Positions 1 to 8,748 of a DNA stretch of 64,000 bases are shown in pieces. Made by a program: the position numbers and the translations under genes. Numbering within the stretch: the stretch's first letter is position 1; each line of letters opens with the position of its first letter. Under the pieces are notes generated by a model. It had not been told where the DNA came from. It saw nothing but the letters and a program-made list of their open reading frames with translations, and did no database searches. This DNA is from Nevskiales bacterium (GTDB lineage: Bacteria; Pseudomonadota; Gammaproteobacteria; Nevskiales; CAJXLF01), in NCBI GenBank assembly GCA_041622995.1, contig JBFJXR010000002.1:4084-68083 (forward strand), written 5' to 3'.

Positions 1-123
1 TCTCCAGACTATCTGCCCATGCTTACCGAGGATCCCTTTGGTATCAAGCTGATATGTATCGCGCTGGTGGTAATGACTTTCGGCGTCTGGTGGATCCGGC
101 GCATCATCCAGATTAAATACTAG
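1..123 (+). CDS. tadB: 3' end of a TadB-like Flp-pilus assembly membrane protein (5'-truncated by the window edge)
   Basis: Frame 1 is open from base 1 to TAG at 121-123. The tail ...FGIKLICIALVVMTFGVWWIRRIIQIKY is a terminal TM helix. tadC-like and tadD-like genes follow directly. Confidence 0.5.
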   Translation, partial: SPDYLPMLTEDPFGIKLICIALVVMTFGVWWIRRIIQIKY

Positions 124-125
124 GA

Positions 126-1085
126 GTGATTATGGACGCTGTATTAACCTGGACCCAGAGTGAATATTTTGTATTTGCACTGGCTATGGGCGCCGGTATT
201 TTAGTGATGCTGGTGAGTTATGCCGGTATTACTATCGTGAATAACCAGAATAACCCCTTACAGCGAAGGATTTCCAAGTTAGTCAAAGGCGACAAACCCA
301 AAGTCAAAATCAGGAGCAATAAATTCGGCGAAGCCCTGCGCCCGTTGGCTCCTTATCTCCTTCCAAAGCGTGAAGTCGAGCGTGAGACACTTCGCCTGCA
401 ATTGATTCGCGCCGGTTATCCTTCTGATTATGCTGCAATTTTTTTCTATAGCCTGAAAGTACTGCTGATAGTTGTCGTGCCGATTGCAGTCGTCATTTGG
501 GTGCTAAACAGTTATCAGATGCACTGGTCATATGTAATGATTTGCGGATTTGGATCAGCTTTTTTGGGCATGATGCTGCCGAATATTTATATCAGAAGGA
601 AAATCGCAGGGCGTCACCGAGAGATGCTAAACGCACTTCCTGATGCTCTTGACCTGCTGGTGTCATGTACTGAGGCCGGGCTGGGGCTAAATGCTGCCTT
701 TCAGCGCGTAGCGAGTCAGCTCGACATCAGTAGTCCGCTACTTGCCGGTGAATTTGAGCAGGTCAATGGTGAGATTCGAGGTGGCGTAGATCGGATTGTG
801 GCCTTGCGACAAATGGCATATCGAACAGGACTTGATGAAATTCGGGGACTGGTGTCTCTTCTTTCGCAAAGTCTTCGGTTCGGCAGTTCGGTAGCCGATA
901 TCCTGAGAATTTATGCTGAAGAATTCCGTGACAGGCGCAGCCAGCGAGCAGAGGAGCAGGCTGCACTTGTGGGGACCAAGCTAATTTTCCCCCTGGTTTT
1001 GTGTATATTTCCGGCGTTTTTCATAGTCACAGTCGGACCTGCTGTTATTGGTGTGATTCGTGCCATGGCAGAGAGTAATTTTTAA
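126..1085 (+). CDS. tadC: Flp/Tad pilus assembly protein TadC (T2SS-F domain inner-membrane protein)
   Basis: 319-aa ORF starting at GTG 126 or ATG 132. It has an N-terminal TM, a central soluble T2SS-F-type domain (ALPDALDLLVSCTEAGLGLNAAFQRV) and a C-terminal TM pair. It starts 2 nt after the upstream stop. Confidence 0.8.
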   Translation: MIMDAVLTWTQSEYFVFALAMGAGILVMLVSYAGITIVNNQNNPLQRRISKLVKGDKPKVKIRSNKFGEALRPLAPYLLPKREVERETLRLQLIRAGYPSDYAAIFFYSLKVLLIVVVPIAVVIWVLNSYQMHWSYVMICGFGSAFLGMMLPNIYIRRKIAGRHREMLNALPDALDLLVSCTEAGLGLNAAFQRVASQLDISSPLLAGEFEQVNGEIRGGVDRIVALRQMAYRTGLDEIRGLVSLLSQSLRFGSSVADILRIYAEEFRDRRSQRAEEQAALVGTKLIFPLVLCIFPAFFIVTVGPAVIGVIRAMAESNF

Positions 1086-1122
1086 ACATATGACTATTGA
1101 ATGATAGGCAAGGAGGCTTGTC

Positions 1123-2007
1123 ATGATGAATACCATTAAAGTTTTATCAATCGCAGGATTATTGTTTATTGCTGCATTAAATAGTGGGTGTGCAGCAATG
1201 GCATCCAGGCCCGCCATGCAGGAGAGTACACCTGCCATGGAAGCTGCAAAAGCCAGCCAACTGATCAGTAATGCTGATAGTGCCTATCGTTCAGGCAATG
1301 AAGACAAGGCGTTAATGGAATACGTGGCGGCGCTGCAATTTTCTCCGGATAATCCGGCAGTTCTTTACAGGGTTGCAGTCTTGCAGGAGCGCCGGGGTGA
1401 CAGTAACGCCGCATTGCAGGCCTATCTGGACGTTCTGAAAAACGAACCCGAGCATGCTGGTGCGCTGGAAGGTGCAGGAATTTCCTTAATTAAAATCCAG
1501 CAACATGAGCAGGCACAGCAATATCTGGAAAAAGCAGTCGCTAATGATAGTCAAAGATGGCGGGCACATAATGCACTGGGTGTGCTGGCTGACTTACGTC
1601 GTGATTCTGAAAGTGCCCGTGAGCATTATCAACTGGCACTTGCCCAGGAACAGACGCGCTCGATGCTGCACAATAATTTTGGTTACTCACGTTATCTGGC
1701 AGGGGATTACCGTTCGGCCATCATCCACTTTGAACGTGCATTAGTGGCAGATCCTGATAATAAAACCGCATGGGCCAATCTTGGTTTGGTGAGTGTCCGT
1801 TTGGGTGATGCCATGGGCGGGGTGGAAGCCTTTACAGAAATAATGGAACCACATCGTGCTCATAACAATGTGGGATATATATCATATAAAAATGGTAATT
1901 ATGAAATTGCCAGAACGCATCTTGAGCAGGCGATTGCACTTTCTCCTGCCTATTACGCCATGGCTCACCAGAACATGCAGAGGCTGGATGTTGTTGCCCA
2001 GAAGTAA
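1123..2007 (+). CDS. tadD: TPR-repeat lipoprotein, TadD-like
   Basis: Signal peptide plus lipobox (ALNSGC). There are repeated TPR units (A..Y..AL...P....AL..LG). The position after tadC matches tad loci. Confidence 0.7.
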   Translation: MMNTIKVLSIAGLLFIAALNSGCAAMASRPAMQESTPAMEAAKASQLISNADSAYRSGNEDKALMEYVAALQFSPDNPAVLYRVAVLQERRGDSNAALQAYLDVLKNEPEHAGALEGAGISLIKIQQHEQAQQYLEKAVANDSQRWRAHNALGVLADLRRDSESAREHYQLALAQEQTRSMLHNNFGYSRYLAGDYRSAIIHFERALVADPDNKTAWANLGLVSVRLGDAMGGVEAFTEIMEPHRAHNNVGYISYKNGNYEIARTHLEQAIALSPAYYAMAHQNMQRLDVVAQK

Positions 2008-2053
2008 GTTGGTTTGTTTTCTACTTACTTTTCATATTGCTTTTGAATTAACT

Positions 2054-2080
2054 AATGGGGTGCATGCACCCCATTTTCGT
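2054..2080 (+). terminator. Rho-independent terminator after tadD
   Basis: Perfect palindrome AATGGGGTGCATGCACCCCATT (2054-2075) is followed by TTTCG. It lies 47 nt after the tadD stop. Confidence 0.7.
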
Positions 2081-2157
2081 TGCTAATTAGGTAGTATTAA
2101 ATATTCATAGATACTAAATTAGTGCCTTTAATCAATAATAAGGGCAGGTAGAGTCCA

Positions 2158-2478
2158 ATGAATTTAATCAAACTTATCAATGCAGGCGTAGTTGTTATTT
2201 TATCCAGCCTGTCATTTCCCGGGTTCGCGGCAGATGAAGCTGCCCAGGCAATTTATGACCGAAGTTGCAAGGCATGTCATAACACGGCGGCATCGGGCGC
2301 ACCGCAGATGGGCGATAGCGAGGCATGGGCGCCACGAATTGCACAGGGTCTGGATACCTTGCTGGATCACACCATTGAAGGTTACAAAGGCATGCCACCT
2401 ATGGGCATGTGTATGGATTGCAGCGAAGACCAGTTTATTGTCCTGATTGAATTAATGTCTGGCACCAAACTCGAATAG
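2158..2478 (+). CDS. Cytochrome c5-family c-type cytochrome (periplasmic)
   Basis: Sec signal peptide (…SLSFPGFAA), a single haem motif CKACH, GMPPMG with the Met ligand, and a C-terminal Cys pair CMDC typical of the c5 class. Confidence 0.85.
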   Translation: MNLIKLINAGVVVILSSLSFPGFAADEAAQAIYDRSCKACHNTAASGAPQMGDSEAWAPRIAQGLDTLLDHTIEGYKGMPPMGMCMDCSEDQFIVLIELMSGTKLE

Positions 2479-2502
2479 CTATTTAGGTCTGGGGAGACTT
2501 TT

Positions 2503-3888
2503 ATGGGAATGACACGCCGACAGTTGATTGCGCGCCTGAGTGCCCTGGCGGCATTAAGCGCTGGAACAGGCCTGCCGGGGTTGGCATCAGCACGCAGAAA
2601 ACGCCTCATTCCATGGCGAAACTGGTCCGGTGCGCAACAGTGTCTTCCGGAACAGCGGTTCGCCCCCGCTGATGAACAGGAGCTGGCCGAATGGCTGGCA
2701 AAGACTCTCCTGAACGTTCGACCGGTAGGCGCAGGGCACTCATTTAGCCCGGTTGTACCTACGGATGGCGCGATTCTTACCTTGGCACGCATGCAGGGCA
2801 TGATCGCTCATGATGCTGAAAGCCAACAGGCAGAATTCTGGGGCGGTACAGCCATGACGACAATGGGGCCAGAACTGAAGGCAATTGGTCAGGCATTGCC
2901 TAATATGGCTGATATTGATTACCAGACGCTGGCTGGTGCGTTAGCCACATCCACACATGGCACGGGCGTTAATTTTGGTTCTTATTCCAGCAATATTACC
3001 GGTATGCGGCTTATCACCGCCCAGGGGGTGGTCATTGACTGCGATGCCGTTAATAATCCGGAGATATTTTCGGCTGCCCGGGTATCCATGGGGTCACTGG
3101 GTGTAATTACACGCGTGAAGCTGCAGAATCGCAGTGCTTTTCGCTTGCATGAAACGATGTCAGTCGAGAAAACCGAGGATTTGCTGGAGAATATTCCGTC
3201 TCTGGTAGCTGATAACCAGCATTGGGAAATGCAGGTGGTCACGAACTCAGACTATGCCGCTTCCATCACCCTGAATGAAACCGATGCGCCGATAACGCCA
3301 GTTGAAGAAGGTGCCAGCGAAGGGGGTAATGAATTCCTGTACTGGATTGAGAAACTGGACAAATATGGCAGTGATTTTCCGGCAGCTCGTCATGCCTTGA
3401 TGAATATGATTGCAAAATTTGCAAGCTTTGAAGAGAGGGTAGGGGAGTCTTACGAAATATATGCCAATGTAAGAGATGTACGTTTCAACGAAATGGAGTA
3501 TTCAGTCCCTGCAGAAGATGGTCCTGCATGTCTTAGGGAAATACTCAAATTAATCCATGAGAAGCAGTTGCCGACGTGGTTCCCGATTGAGTATCGATAT
3601 GTAAAGGCCGATGACATTCCGCTTAGCATGTTCGAGGGGCGCGACAGTTGTTCGATATCGATACACCAGCACTACACTATGTCTCACCATGAATACTTTA
3701 GCGCGGTAGAAAAGATTTTCTGGAAGTATAATGGACGACCACATTGGGGCAAATTACACAACCTGAATGCCCAGCATTTATCTGCTTTGTATCCCCGCTG
3801 GAAAGAGTTTACTAATGTCAGAGCTGAGCTTGACCCACAAGGCAAATTTTTGAATGCACATTTGCGCAGTGTATTTGGTGTTGCCTGA
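2503..3888 (+). CDS. Tat-exported FAD-linked oxidoreductase, aldonolactone/alditol oxidase (VAO/PCMH + ALO domain) family
   Basis: Twin-arginine signal MGMTRRQLIARLSALAALSAGTGLPGLASA. VGAGHSFSP resembles the covalent-FAD His motif of gulono/arabinonolactone oxidases. The C-terminal ALO-type motif GRPHWGKLH is present. The gene starts 24 nt after the cyt c5 stop, with a GGGGAG RBS. Confidence 0.8.
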   Translation: MGMTRRQLIARLSALAALSAGTGLPGLASARRKRLIPWRNWSGAQQCLPEQRFAPADEQELAEWLAKTLLNVRPVGAGHSFSPVVPTDGAILTLARMQGMIAHDAESQQAEFWGGTAMTTMGPELKAIGQALPNMADIDYQTLAGALATSTHGTGVNFGSYSSNITGMRLITAQGVVIDCDAVNNPEIFSAARVSMGSLGVITRVKLQNRSAFRLHETMSVEKTEDLLENIPSLVADNQHWEMQVVTNSDYAASITLNETDAPITPVEEGASEGGNEFLYWIEKLDKYGSDFPAARHALMNMIAKFASFEERVGESYEIYANVRDVRFNEMEYSVPAEDGPACLREILKLIHEKQLPTWFPIEYRYVKADDIPLSMFEGRDSCSISIHQHYTMSHHEYFSAVEKIFWKYNGRPHWGKLHNLNAQHLSALYPRWKEFTNVRAELDPQGKFLNAHLRSVFGVA

Positions 3889-3902
3889 CCCTGGAGCAAG
3901 TA

Positions 3903-5204
3903 ATGAAACGCCGTAATTTTCTTCTGGGTGCTGGTGTTGCCGCACTTGGTGGTGCCTGGGCGTTGAGGCCCGGTGATGAAGGTGCCCCGCATGATGCATA
4001 TTTCGCCGCATTAAACGAAGAACTCAGGAATCATGGACCAATGACACCCAGTATGGTCATTGATCTGGATCGTCTTGATCATAATATTGATCTCATCGTG
4101 AAGTCGATGCAGTCTACCGAGGTGCATAAAGGGTATCGTGTGGTGGCAAAGTCAGTACCCTCGGGAAAGATGATTGATTATGTGATGAAGCGGGCCAGTA
4201 CTAAACGTTTAATGGCCTTTCACCAGCCATTTCTGAACACGCATACCCATTTGTATCCCAAGGCAGATATTTTGCTTGGCAAACCGATGCCGGTCAGGGC
4301 AGCATCCTTGTTTTATGAGCAGCACAAGGGGGAGTTTGATCCTGCCAGACAGTGTCAGTGGCTAATTGATACGCCAGAGCGATTAAATGAGTATCTCGAC
4401 CTTGCACAGGGACGCGTGTTGAAGATCCGCGTGAATATCGAACTGGATGTAGGACTACATCGTGGTGGCGTAGAGGCGGGCAAGGCATTGGCCATGATGT
4501 GTGAGGTAATAAAGCAGAACCCGAATCATCTGGTTTTTGCGGGCTTTATGGGTTACGACCCTCATGTGGTCAAGGTGCCTGGCATATTGGGTTCGGTTGA
4601 CAGCCTGCTGGCTAAAGCAATGACCATTTATGAGGCGGCAGTCGATCAGGTAAAAACCGATTTCCCTGAACTGTGGAATTCCGGACTGGGTAGCGATGGC
4701 CTTGGTTTGACCTTGAACACTGCGGGAAGCCCGACTTATAGACTTCATGAAGCAGAAAGCCTGTCCAATGACATTGCGGTGGGTTCGGCCCTTGTAAAGG
4801 CTACTGATTTTGATATAGATAGTTTAAGTGAGCATAAACCCGCAGCTTTTATTGCAGCTCCGGTTTTAAAGTCGACTGGAGAAATTCGAATTCCCGGACT
4901 TGACGGAAAATCGAAAATTTTATCCTGGTGGGATATTAACCAGCGCAAGACATATTTCACATATGGTGGCTTCTGGAAAGCCAGGCTGAGATCGCCTGAA
5001 GGATTGAGAAACAGCGGTTTGTTTGGCCGCAGTACAAATCAGGAAATGGTGACAGGTTCGCCAGCGACCGGACTTGAAGTCAATGATCAGGTATTTCTCA
5101 GGCCTACGCAAAGCGAATTCGTTTTTCTGCAGTTCGGCGATCTGCTGGCAGTACGTGATGGGAAGATTGTTGATCAATGGCCTGTATTTGAGCAAAAGGC
5201 CTGA
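3903..5204 (+). CDS. Tat-signal-bearing fold-type III PLP enzyme (alanine-racemase N-domain, DSD1 / D-threonine-aldolase-like)
   Basis: Twin-arginine signal MKRRNFLLGAGVAALGGAWA. The barrel has a candidate PLP lysine in YRVVAKSVP, followed by FAGFMGYDPHV. The C-terminal beta domain ends ...GDLLAVRDGKIVDQWPV. The gene starts 14 nt after the upstream stop. Confidence 0.6.
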   Translation: MKRRNFLLGAGVAALGGAWALRPGDEGAPHDAYFAALNEELRNHGPMTPSMVIDLDRLDHNIDLIVKSMQSTEVHKGYRVVAKSVPSGKMIDYVMKRASTKRLMAFHQPFLNTHTHLYPKADILLGKPMPVRAASLFYEQHKGEFDPARQCQWLIDTPERLNEYLDLAQGRVLKIRVNIELDVGLHRGGVEAGKALAMMCEVIKQNPNHLVFAGFMGYDPHVVKVPGILGSVDSLLAKAMTIYEAAVDQVKTDFPELWNSGLGSDGLGLTLNTAGSPTYRLHEAESLSNDIAVGSALVKATDFDIDSLSEHKPAAFIAAPVLKSTGEIRIPGLDGKSKILSWWDINQRKTYFTYGGFWKARLRSPEGLRNSGLFGRSTNQEMVTGSPATGLEVNDQVFLRPTQSEFVFLQFGDLLAVRDGKIVDQWPVFEQKA

Positions 5205-5215
5205 CATTTGCCTGT

Positions 5216-5431
5216 TCAGGCTGCTCCCACCAGGTCGGAGACTTTAAGGCAGCGTTCGCATGCCAGGGTCTGTGGGAATGTTTTTCTGGCTTCCCTGACG
5301 GCAAAATCCACATGGCTGAAATTCCCAAGTGCCAGAACATCCTCAAAATCTGGAAATTGACTGCAGTTGCCGGTGTGCACTTCGTGCTCGCCGTTCGTAT
5401 TTGTTAGCAAACTCACGTAATAATTAGTCAT
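5216..5431 (-). CDS. Small conserved-looking Cys/His protein of unknown function (71 aa)
   Basis: ATG is preceded by AGGAGG (rc of cctcct at 5437-5442). Possible metal ligands are HEVHTGNC ... CERC. No recognisable family. Confidence 0.5.
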   Translation of the reverse strand: MTNYYVSLLTNTNGEHEVHTGNCSQFPDFEDVLALGNFSHVDFAVREARKTFPQTLACERCLKVSDLVGAA

Positions 5432-5734
5432 GATGCCTCCTGTTTTTTTTGAATATAAGCCGCGCTAGTCTGGGCCGTCTGTAATCCCTGATTTATATTG
5501 CAGTTTTTTCAGGCTTGTCGCTATTAGCCATTGGTCTAATTGGTCGCAATACTAATGTCTAATGCCACAGGCTTTATAGCGCGAGATATATTCAGCATTT
5601 ACTTACAAATCAAAGGGAAACAAAAGGCTACGCTACGTGCTAGATTTCACTATGATGTCCATAAGAGATAGTTTTTTCTGTTAATCAGAATGCAATTAAT
5701 AGTCTGAAGATTTCCGCACAGGATATAACGAAGT

Positions 5735-6922
5735 ATGCTTGAGGATTTAACTACAAGAGACCTGGTTGCTGGTGAAACTCTTTTTAGGGAGGGAGATTCA
5801 GGTGATTGTGGCTATTTGATCCAAAGTGGCAGTATCGGGTTATATACTGCAGGAGAAAGTATCCAGCAACTCAGGGGGATACAATATACAGGGGACTTTC
5901 TTGGGGAATTGGCGTTGGTGGGGCAGAGGATAAGAACAACTTCGGCAGTTGCCCGTGAACCAACCACAGTGTTAATCGTAAGAAGAAATGATATTGATCG
6001 CAGGTTATCTGATTCAGATCCTATAGTTAAAGAATTCCTGATATCGATTCTGGGCGTATTACGCAATATGCTGCTATCCAATTGGGATATTAATAAATCT
6101 TCAATTGAAGGTATGACTTTAGCGGCTAAAAAAATTGATGAAATCCAAAGCATGACGCAGGCTTTGCATCATAACGAGTTTTTGCTTTACTACCAGCCTA
6201 TTCTTCGACTCAGTGATAGAAAAATTGCAGGATTTGAAGCACTCATACGCTGGAACAGGCCCGACTACGGGTTGGTTCCTCCTGCTGAGTTCATTCCTCT
6301 GGCGGAGAGTTCAGGGGCAATTGTAGATATCGGGCGCTGGGTCATCGCTCAAGCATGTGGCGATATGAAGAGATTGGGATTACCGCCGAATTCAGGTTCG
6401 GGGAATACGGTTGTTCCGTATATCAGTATCAACTTATCGGGCAGGCAGTTAACTGATCAGGATCTTATAGATCTAGTAGATCAAGCCATTCAAGAGAATG
6501 GTCTTGGAGCGAAACAAGTTAAACTGGAAGTGACTGAATCTGAATTGGCACAGAATATCAAGGCTGCGAATGAGCTTTTGCTGCAATTCAAATTGCTGGG
6601 GGTCACTGTCGCATTAGATGATTTTGGTACCGGGCAAAGTTCTCTTGAGTACTTGCACCAGTTTCCCGCGGATACGTTAAAACTGGACAGAAGTTTTGTT
6701 GCCGCAATTCATGAAGATAGAACTGCCATGACAATTGTCAGTAACATCACTCGAATGGCTAAAGAACTCGACATGGATGTTATTGCAGAGGGAATCGAAA
6801 TTGCCGAGGTGGCAGATACCCTGACAGAATTAGGAGTCGATTATGGGCAAGGCTATATATTTGCACGCCCCATGCCGTTCGAGGATTTGATCGAGTTTAT
6901 GGAAAATCACAGTTTTTGTTAG
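5735..6922 (+). CDS. Cyclic-nucleotide-binding domain + EAL domain protein (putative c-di-GMP phosphodiesterase)
   Basis: N-terminal CAP-type cNMP-binding domain (FREGDSGDCGYLIQSGSI...GELALV...R.T.AVA). The EAL domain carries YYQPI, FEALIRW, DDFGTG and EGIE motifs. Confidence 0.85.
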   Translation: MLEDLTTRDLVAGETLFREGDSGDCGYLIQSGSIGLYTAGESIQQLRGIQYTGDFLGELALVGQRIRTTSAVAREPTTVLIVRRNDIDRRLSDSDPIVKEFLISILGVLRNMLLSNWDINKSSIEGMTLAAKKIDEIQSMTQALHHNEFLLYYQPILRLSDRKIAGFEALIRWNRPDYGLVPPAEFIPLAESSGAIVDIGRWVIAQACGDMKRLGLPPNSGSGNTVVPYISINLSGRQLTDQDLIDLVDQAIQENGLGAKQVKLEVTESELAQNIKAANELLLQFKLLGVTVALDDFGTGQSSLEYLHQFPADTLKLDRSFVAAIHEDRTAMTIVSNITRMAKELDMDVIAEGIEIAEVADTLTELGVDYGQGYIFARPMPFEDLIEFMENHSFC

Positions 6923-6937
6923 TTTATTGTATTGAAC

Positions 6938-7942
6938 TCATTCTTTTTTGTTTTCATACATTCTCTGATCTGCAATTCTCAGTAAGGCCTCTTCTTCGTC
7001 GGCATCATCCGGATATATGGCAAGCCCCATGCTTCCGCCGATATTGACTGTTATTTCACTCTCATTTTCCGTCGGCCTAATGATAAATTCAGTGTTCAAG
7101 GCCTGAGTTAACTTATCGACGACCTGATGGGCTGTGTTCTCGTCCTGAATATTCTCAAGCACAACGGCGAATTCGTCTCCGCCAAGTCGGGCGATCGTAT
7201 CTGCTTCTCGCAGATTTTCACGCAATCTTTGGGCAATGCTGATTAATAATTCATCTCCTGCATGATGACCATAGGTATCATTGACAGGCTTGAATCTGTC
7301 TATATCGATATATAAAAGTCCCATACGACCCTTTTCACGCTTGGCACGACTGATAGCTGTTTCAAGCCTGTCCATAAACAGCATTCTGTTGGGCAAATCA
7401 GTCAGGGGGTCATGGCTTGCCTGATGTCGGGCACTCTCCTCTGCCTTCTTGCGTTCATTGACTTCGATTTCAAGTTGGTCATTACGTTTATGCACAAGCT
7501 TGAGCAGTTGCATCTGAGATAAACGAGCATGATGAAGGTCAAGAAAAACTTTAATTTTTGATTGAAAAATAAAGTTATCAACCGGCTTCACCAAAAAGTC
7601 TACTGCACCAAATTTGTAGCTATTCAAACGACTTGTTTCATCTGTAAAAACATCTGAAATAAAGATCAGAGGAGTTTCCCGTTTGCGAGAATCGTGCGAG
7701 AGGATTTCCGCCACTTCAAATCCGTCAATATCAGGCAGTTGTATATCAAGAAGTATGAGAGCAAATGTGTGTTTCTCAATTGCCCTGAGTGCGTCACGAC
7801 CCGTAGTGGCCTCGATTACTATGCAATCCTGCTTATTGAGTAATGCACGCATTATTGCAAGATTCGTAGGATTATCTTCAACCAGAAGAACCAGCGGTTT
7901 ATTTTCCAGTTTAGTTTCCATTTGAAACATATATTTCTTCAC
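6938..7942 (-). CDS. Response-regulator receiver + GGDEF diguanylate cyclase (PleD/WspR-like)
   Basis: REC domain (LLVEDNPTN ... ILLDIQLPDIDG ... VKP), a coiled linker, and a GGDEF domain with RLGGDEFAV. An RxxD I-site (READ) lies exactly 5 residues upstream of GGDEF. Confidence 0.9.
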   Translation of the reverse strand: MKKYMFQMETKLENKPLVLLVEDNPTNLAIMRALLNKQDCIVIEATTGRDALRAIEKHTFALILLDIQLPDIDGFEVAEILSHDSRKRETPLIFISDVFTDETSRLNSYKFGAVDFLVKPVDNFIFQSKIKVFLDLHHARLSQMQLLKLVHKRNDQLEIEVNERKKAEESARHQASHDPLTDLPNRMLFMDRLETAISRAKREKGRMGLLYIDIDRFKPVNDTYGHHAGDELLISIAQRLRENLREADTIARLGGDEFAVVLENIQDENTAHQVVDKLTQALNTEFIIRPTENESEITVNIGGSMGLAIYPDDADEEEALLRIADQRMYENKKE

Positions 7943-8055
7943 TAACCAAGTTGGTCAAGTATAGTGCAATATGAGTTTTCATCTCTTAAGCTTGGCATTT
8001 AACGGTTCTGCAACTATGGGCATGGATTTCAATTACTACTGCGAGAGTGATGCCC

Positions 8056-8748
8056 TTACCGATATGTTATGAGGTTATGATGAATGCCTTCGAAGGCACT
8101 GTGTTCGTTCAAACTGGAAAGATAGATGCCTTTTTCTGAGTAGATAATTTTTGTAATGCCGCAATTGGCGAGTGTCCAGTTCAGTTGAAATATATTCGCA
8201 CTTGGAATATTCATCATTTCCTGACAGATCGCAGTGATTGGGCCCCCTGAAGTAAATACCAAAGCGGTTTTCGACTTTCCAAGCGTTTTTACGAGCTTTT
8301 TCAGGGAGTCAACTCTACGCTTTTCGAATTCGGGCCAGCTTTCGCGGTATTCATGGTCAAATTTTCCAGACATCCAGCGATCAATGGCTTTAGCAAACAT
8401 ATCCTGAAAAGCCTGACGTGGTTTAAGGGTACGGGCCATGTCTGCCATCATTAGAGTCTGGCTTTTGTAGAGGGGGTTGTAGCGTTGGATAATGTCATTG
8501 TGATCATACTCATTCCAACAAGCATCTTCATTTCTTTCTGTACTGTTTTTCATCGCTTTAAGGCAGTGAGCGGCAGTTTGTCGATGGCGTTTCATGCTGC
8601 CTGATACAACATGGTCTACATGCGGAATACGTAATCGCAGTGAAGCACCGAGAACTTTTGCCTGCTCGATGCCTGTTGCTGAAAGGGCGTCATAATTACG
8701 TTTACCGAATGATGCCTGACCATGACGTATAAGATAAATCGCAGCCAT
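8056..8748 (-). CDS. Histidine phosphatase (PGAM/cofactor-dependent mutase superfamily) protein
   Basis: LIRHGQASFG is the RHG catalytic motif. I chose ATG 8748 (MAAIYLIRHG), which overlaps the upstream stop as TAATG. The longer track ORF (to 8787) would overlap the kinase gene by 40 nt. Confidence 0.8.
   Translation of the reverse strand: MAAIYLIRHGQASFGKRNYDALSATGIEQAKVLGASLRLRIPHVDHVVSGSMKRHRQTAAHCLKAMKNSTERNEDACWNEYDHNDIIQRYNPLYKSQTLMMADMARTLKPRQAFQDMFAKAIDRWMSGKFDHEYRESWPEFEKRRVDSLKKLVKTLGKSKTALVFTSGGPITAICQEMMNIPSANIFQLNWTLANCGITKIIYSEKGIYLSSLNEHSAFEGIHHNLITYR

Noticed and set aside
2382-2801. Long antisense or alternative-frame ORFs from the six-frame track that lie inside confident genes. 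Examples: 2382-2801(-), 15257-15928(-), 16058-16486(-), 22106-22543(-), 23424-23957(-), 45138-45560(-), 46485-47168(-), 51885-52421(-), 55328-55789(-), 56678-57148(-).
   Set aside because: Each is fully embedded in a CDS that has clear family motifs on the other strand or frame. Their translations are low-complexity (Arg/Ser/Pro/Cys-rich) and have no recognisable domains or RBS. They are typical shadow ORFs of GC-richer coding DNA.
5529-5563. Short direct repeats (ATTGGTC twice with 9-bp period; GTCTAAT twice) in the 300-nt spacer upstream of the cNMP-EAL gene.
   Set aside because: They are 7-mers in AT-rich DNA and are too short for significance. No recognisable riboswitch or known operator consensus is present.
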